Source: Trypanosoma brucei
Taxonomy: Eukaryota
Assembly: GCA_000002445.1 (NCBI GenBank)
Contig: CH464491.1
Coordinates: 4,128,001 to 4,192,000 of the forward strand
Length of the DNA: 64,000 nucleotides
Direction: 5' to 3'
The notes under the pieces were generated by a model. That model was not told the origin of the DNA, searched no databases, and saw only the letters and a program-made list of their open reading frames with translations. Below, piece after piece: positions 62,198 through 64,000 of the stretch (position 1 is its first letter; each line of letters opens with the position of its first letter). A program made the position numbers and the translations under genes.

Positions 62198-64000
62198 TCA
62201 AGTGGCAATCGCTGGTGGTGGAGCCTCAGCCGTCTTCGACGGTGCCTTCTCCAATTTCCCACTGGAAGCCGCGAGCAGTGTTTCCATTCGCATTTTCTCC
62301 ACCACGCGATTGTAATCATCGTGAAGATCATTGTCGTATGGCGTAATACGCATTGCCTGCTCTAGCAATTCCAGAGCCTTGCGATAGTCTTTCAGCCCGC
62401 AGTGAGCGGCGGCCCCCCTCACACAAGCTTTGAGAATAGCGTATACGTGACCACTTTTCTCCCCCACTTTCCTCGCAGCTGCATTCCGCTTGCGCATGAC
62501 CTCATCTTCACCACAGCCACCACCATCACCCCCAACTCCATCTTCGCCCCCGTCCTCGTCATCGCTATCCACTAAATTCGTTGAAAGGGCTCCAGGACAA
62601 CTCAATGCTTCCGCCACTTCTCGGCAAAATTCTAGCACATGAGAAGATTCCATCAAAGCTTCCTTGAAACAACCCTGATGAAGAAGAGCTGCGCTCAAGT
62701 TGTTGCGCGCCCGCACCTCGTAGGGATCCTCCTCCAAAACCTGACGGTAAACATCGGCAGCCGCGGCATAGTCGCCTTGATAGTACATGGAAGAAGCTTC
62801 GTGCAGTTTGGCAGCAAGTGGGTCCCTCGTTTCTAACATGCCACGTTTCTTCATGTATGATTCCACTAACTTGTAATCTGCTATGACATCTGCATCCTCT
62901 TCCGCGTCACAGTAAGCAGCCGCCATCCGTAGATCCTCTATGCCGCGCTCAAAGCACTTCCCCCAGCAGTAAGCCGCACCGCGGCGGGAATGAAGCTTCA
63001 TCATTAGATAGCGATACCGCTCTTGTGTGAGGTCACTTGCCGGAGTATTGGACAGCATCGTGAGGGCCAACGTACAGTCCTCAATAGCACGTTTATATTC
63101 AAACAACTGAATAAAGCAAGCGGCACGGTTTGATACGCAAATAAGAAACGCACCATCACGCTTGATAGATTCCGTGTAGGCGTCTGCGGCTGCTTTCCAC
63201 TCACGGCGTTGATAGTGTTTATCCGCCCGCTCTTTCCAAAACATAGGACTATCTTCAACGCGGGTCGGTTTGTAGCGGCTTCTCCGGTAGTACTCATCCT
63301 CTCCACGCGACCGCGTGGGTATTGCCGCCATTTTCGATGTGAATTGTACAGGAACGACGACAGTTTCTGTGTGGCGCACGCATGGGGTCATCTCCTCTTC
63401 TTTTCTTTCTTCCATACTCCCTTGCATCGCACCAATATCCCCGGGACATTGGGGTGCTCGTTTCTTCTCCTCATGTGCCTGCTGTTCGGCCCGCTGCTGT
63501 TCTTCCCATGAATACAACTCCGCCTCCGCAGAGTCCTTCTCCTCCTTCATTCGCCCCTCTATGAGACGCCGCTGTGCACGGTCCACTTCCCACTGTTCCT
63601 CCGTCATTCGTCGCTTCTCCTCCTCCCTTTTACCAACACGTTCCTTTAGCCGCCGGTTGTAGGACTCCTCCGCCCGCTGAATAGCACCAGCCCGCCGCTC
63701 CCGTATGGCTTCGGCGCCAATCTCCCCTTCGTTGATACAAAGAGATTCCCACAGTTCCGGAACCCGTTTTCGTAAACGCACGCGTAAACACGTTCGGTCC
63801 TCCGGATCCATAAAGTGGGTAGACTTCGCTTCATCTATGGGATGCAGCAGGTCAAGCACCAAAAGATACGTCGGGGAAGCATTTACCTTCACTAAAAGAT
63901 CTGACACAAAGATATCAATGGCCTCCTTCTTAAACCCCTTGATCGTGATGCGGAGGAGGACTTCGGTGTTGGTCTGTTCCCACTCGTATACAGGTTTGAC
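62198..64000 (-). CDS. CS (p23-like) domain plus TPR-repeat protein, DNAAF4/DYX1C1-like architecture. The 5' end is truncated by the window edge.
   Basis: The track ORF start at 63907 is a GTG. Reading the same frame upstream shows it stays open to position 64000 (..VKPVYEWEQTNTEVLLRITIKGFKKEAIDIFVSDLLVKVNASPTYLLVLDLLHPIDEAKSTHF..), which is a p23/CS-domain pattern (YxWxQT..V.L.I..K). A charged coiled-coil segment follows, then several TPR-like helices (AADVYRQVLEEDPYEVRARNNLSAALLHQGCFKEAL..., ALELLEQAMRITPYDNDLHDDYNRV). Confidence 0.6.
   Translation of the reverse strand, partial: VKPVYEWEQTNTEVLLRITIKGFKKEAIDIFVSDLLVKVNASPTYLLVLDLLHPIDEAKSTHFMDPEDRTCLRVRLRKRVPELWESLCINEGEIGAEAIRERRAGAIQRAEESYNRRLKERVGKREEEKRRMTEEQWEVDRAQRRLIEGRMKEEKDSAEAELYSWEEQQRAEQQAHEEKKRAPQCPGDIGAMQGSMEERKEEEMTPCVRHTETVVVPVQFTSKMAAIPTRSRGEDEYYRRSRYKPTRVEDSPMFWKERADKHYQRREWKAAADAYTESIKRDGAFLICVSNRAACFIQLFEYKRAIEDCTLALTMLSNTPASDLTQERYRYLMMKLHSRRGAAYCWGKCFERGIEDLRMAAAYCDAEEDADVIADYKLVESYMKKRGMLETRDPLAAKLHEASSMYYQGDYAAAADVYRQVLEEDPYEVRARNNLSAALLHQGCFKEALMESSHVLEFCREVAEALSCPGALSTNLVDSDDEDGGEDGVGGDGGGCGEDEVMRKRNAAARKVGEKSGHVYAILKACVRGAAAHCGLKDYRKALELLEQAMRITPYDNDLHDDYNRVVEKMRMETLLAASSGKLEKAPSKTAEAPPPAIAT

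Noticed and set aside
1-64000. Prokaryote-style features (CRISPR arrays, defence islands, operons, RBS, rho-independent terminators)
   Set aside because: The sequence is clearly eukaryotic and kinetoplastid (eL27, proteasome RPN7, TRAPP, Sec7 GEF, polyY/AG processing signals, unidirectional gene array). Regularly spaced direct repeats with unique spacers are absent.

Overview
This window looks like nuclear DNA from a kinetoplastid, most likely a Trypanosoma species. Coding sequence is compact, GC3-rich and free of introns, and the spacers are A/T- and homopolymer-rich with polypyrimidine tracts on the coding strand upstream of each gene. Every credible gene lies on the minus strand, so the whole 64 kb appears to be one interior stretch of a polycistronic transcription unit with no strand-switch region, and I see no prokaryotic-style defence system, CRISPR array, rRNA/tRNA gene or recognisable retroelement. 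The ORF track displays non-ATG start codons (TTG, GTG) as M, so I re-derived ATG starts from the sequence for several genes.

Genes, in order along the window: a partial small ORF at the left edge; a ~1,716-aa TARBP1-like HEAT/ARM protein with a C-terminal SpoU/TrmH 2'-O-methyltransferase domain; a 3.5-kb tandem duplication carrying two near-identical amino-acid transporter (AAT, Aa_trans family) genes, with a 210-bp fragment of the neighbouring 754-aa gene marking the junction; a VASt/Aster-like C-terminally anchored protein; two identical 60S ribosomal protein L27 genes flanking a 954-aa gene of unknown function; an Fe-superoxide dismutase next to a non-selenium glutathione-peroxidase-like (tryparedoxin peroxidase type) gene; TRAPPC1/Bet5; a 960-aa unknown; a second, mosaic AAT pair; a compact Sec7-domain ARF-GEF; S/R-rich and large unknown proteins; a DEDDh 3'-5' exonuclease; a 1,213-aa polytopic membrane protein; an RRM protein; proteasome lid subunit RPN7/PSMD6; a URI1/prefoldin-alpha-like protein; and a CS+TPR (DNAAF4/DYX1C1-like) gene that runs off the right edge.

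The most interesting structures are the two independent AAT duplications. One is very recent and has a copy-specific 3' spacer replacement. The other is mosaic, with a homogenised 5' end and divergent C-terminal tails. The RPL27 'sandwich' around an unrelated large gene and a 2.9-kb gene-free, strand-asymmetric low-complexity block are also worth a second look.
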